64,000 nt of DNA from Amphiscolops sp. MND2022 (Eukaryota): NCBI GenBank assembly GCA_964187785.1, contig OZ076409.1, positions 87,608,001-87,672,000 on the forward strand, given 5' to 3'. The notes below the pieces were generated by a model, which saw only the letters and a program-made list of their open reading frames with translations, was not told the DNA's origin and searched no databases. The translations under genes were made by a program, and so were the position numbers. This document shows, in pieces, positions 63,126 through 64,000 of the stretch (position 1 is the stretch's first letter; each line of letters begins with the position of its first letter).

Positions 63126-63698
63126 ATGCCTACTACTAGAAAACAGAAAAAGGCAAGAAAGTCAAGAGGACTTGAAATGTTGTCAGATATTGAGAACATA
63201 GACATTATGTTAGGTGGAAATCACTTCAATGACATGAGGAGAGACGAAAGTCTCGATGGAACGTCCATTAGAAGGCAGGAAAGTGTTACAAGCAATAACT
63301 TAGAAAATGAGGAAATGAATCTCCATTCTGATCATAGAAATCCCGAAACTGGGACTAGTGCCGGTTACGACCGAATCACAGCGGGTATAGATTCTCAAGC
63401 TGAGATCAACAAGTTGTCGAGTGAACTAAACTCTAGAATATCTAGGGAAATGGATGAGATGATGAACAGCGTTAGTTCTCAAATCCAGAGGGCCATAAGT
63501 GATGCCATCAATAACCAAGTTTTGCCACAAATTCAAAACGTTATTATGGCCAGTTCAGGACAGGAGGCCAGAAAGGGATGGGAGAAGCCTGACGAGAGAC
63601 CGGAATGTTATTCCGAAGTTCAGTACAACGCGAAAACTAGATCCACTCTTAATAATGAACATGGTGACAAACCACATCGTAATGTTCATGACAATTGA
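63126..63698 (+). CDS. LTR-encoded gag N-terminal ORF of a Gypsy-family LTR ending at 63692
   Basis: MPTTRKQKKARK..., coiled-coil INKLSSELNSRISREMDEMM...VLPQIQN, homologous to 41562-41870. The LTR ends CATGACA, like the other LTRs here. TATAAA at ~62996. The LTR start is not located. Confidence 0.65.
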   Translation: MPTTRKQKKARKSRGLEMLSDIENIDIMLGGNHFNDMRRDESLDGTSIRRQESVTSNNLENEEMNLHSDHRNPETGTSAGYDRITAGIDSQAEINKLSSELNSRISREMDEMMNSVSSQIQRAISDAINNQVLPQIQNVIMASSGQEARKGWEKPDERPECYSEVQYNAKTRSTLNNEHGDKPHRNVHDN

Positions 63699-64000
63699 GC
63701 ATAAAACGTGCCAAAAAAAGTGTGGATAAAGCGGTCAAAAATTGGGAAAACGTCAAAAGTCCCAAATTTGCTCAAAATCAGCTATTTGTAACTTTCTCAG
63801 TTTTTGTCCCAGAAAAATTTGCAAAGCACTAATGTAAACTAGCTGAAATTCTAAGAAACTTTTATCTCTGATGTTTTTCAAATTTCTCAACCGATTTCGA
63901 GAAAATCGAGCCTAAAGTCGCCCAGGGACGTTTTTCTTAATCACAGTACTGTATCGGACTGAATTAAGTATTATTTGCTTCGTATATTATAAACCGTTCT
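63693..64000 (+). repeat. Near-identical duplicate of 13472-13778 (right half of the MITE plus its flank)
   Basis: ATTGAGCATAAAACGTGCC...CACAGTACTGTATCGGACTGAATTAAG; the match extends beyond the MITE end. Confidence 0.92.

Overview
AT-rich eukaryotic (most likely invertebrate animal) DNA, dominated by nested transposable elements, with one N-gap (61959-62158). Bases 1-45,000 are a TE graveyard. It holds an isolated myosin motor-domain exon, a young non-autonomous LTR element, solo LTRs, a Gypsy element with a full BEL/Pao element nested in its pol gene, a Tc1/IS630-type transposon inside a solo LTR, several MITEs and tandem repeats. The outstanding feature is about 45.4-61.05 kb, a compact cluster of four intron-containing genes in two divergent pairs. 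These are a Tudor-like chromatin reader, a RAG1/Transib-like DDE transposase with a C-terminal BRCT-like domain, a C2H2 zinc finger plus JmjC (KDM2/KDM7-like) demethylase, and a SET-domain methyltransferase. A palindromic GCGGA(A/T)TCCGC repeat runs through the cluster, and a CACGGTG heptamer precedes it. I interpret this as a probable giant Transib/RAG-like DNA transposon carrying its own histone reader, eraser and writer. All domain calls are by-eye motif recognition; no searches were run.
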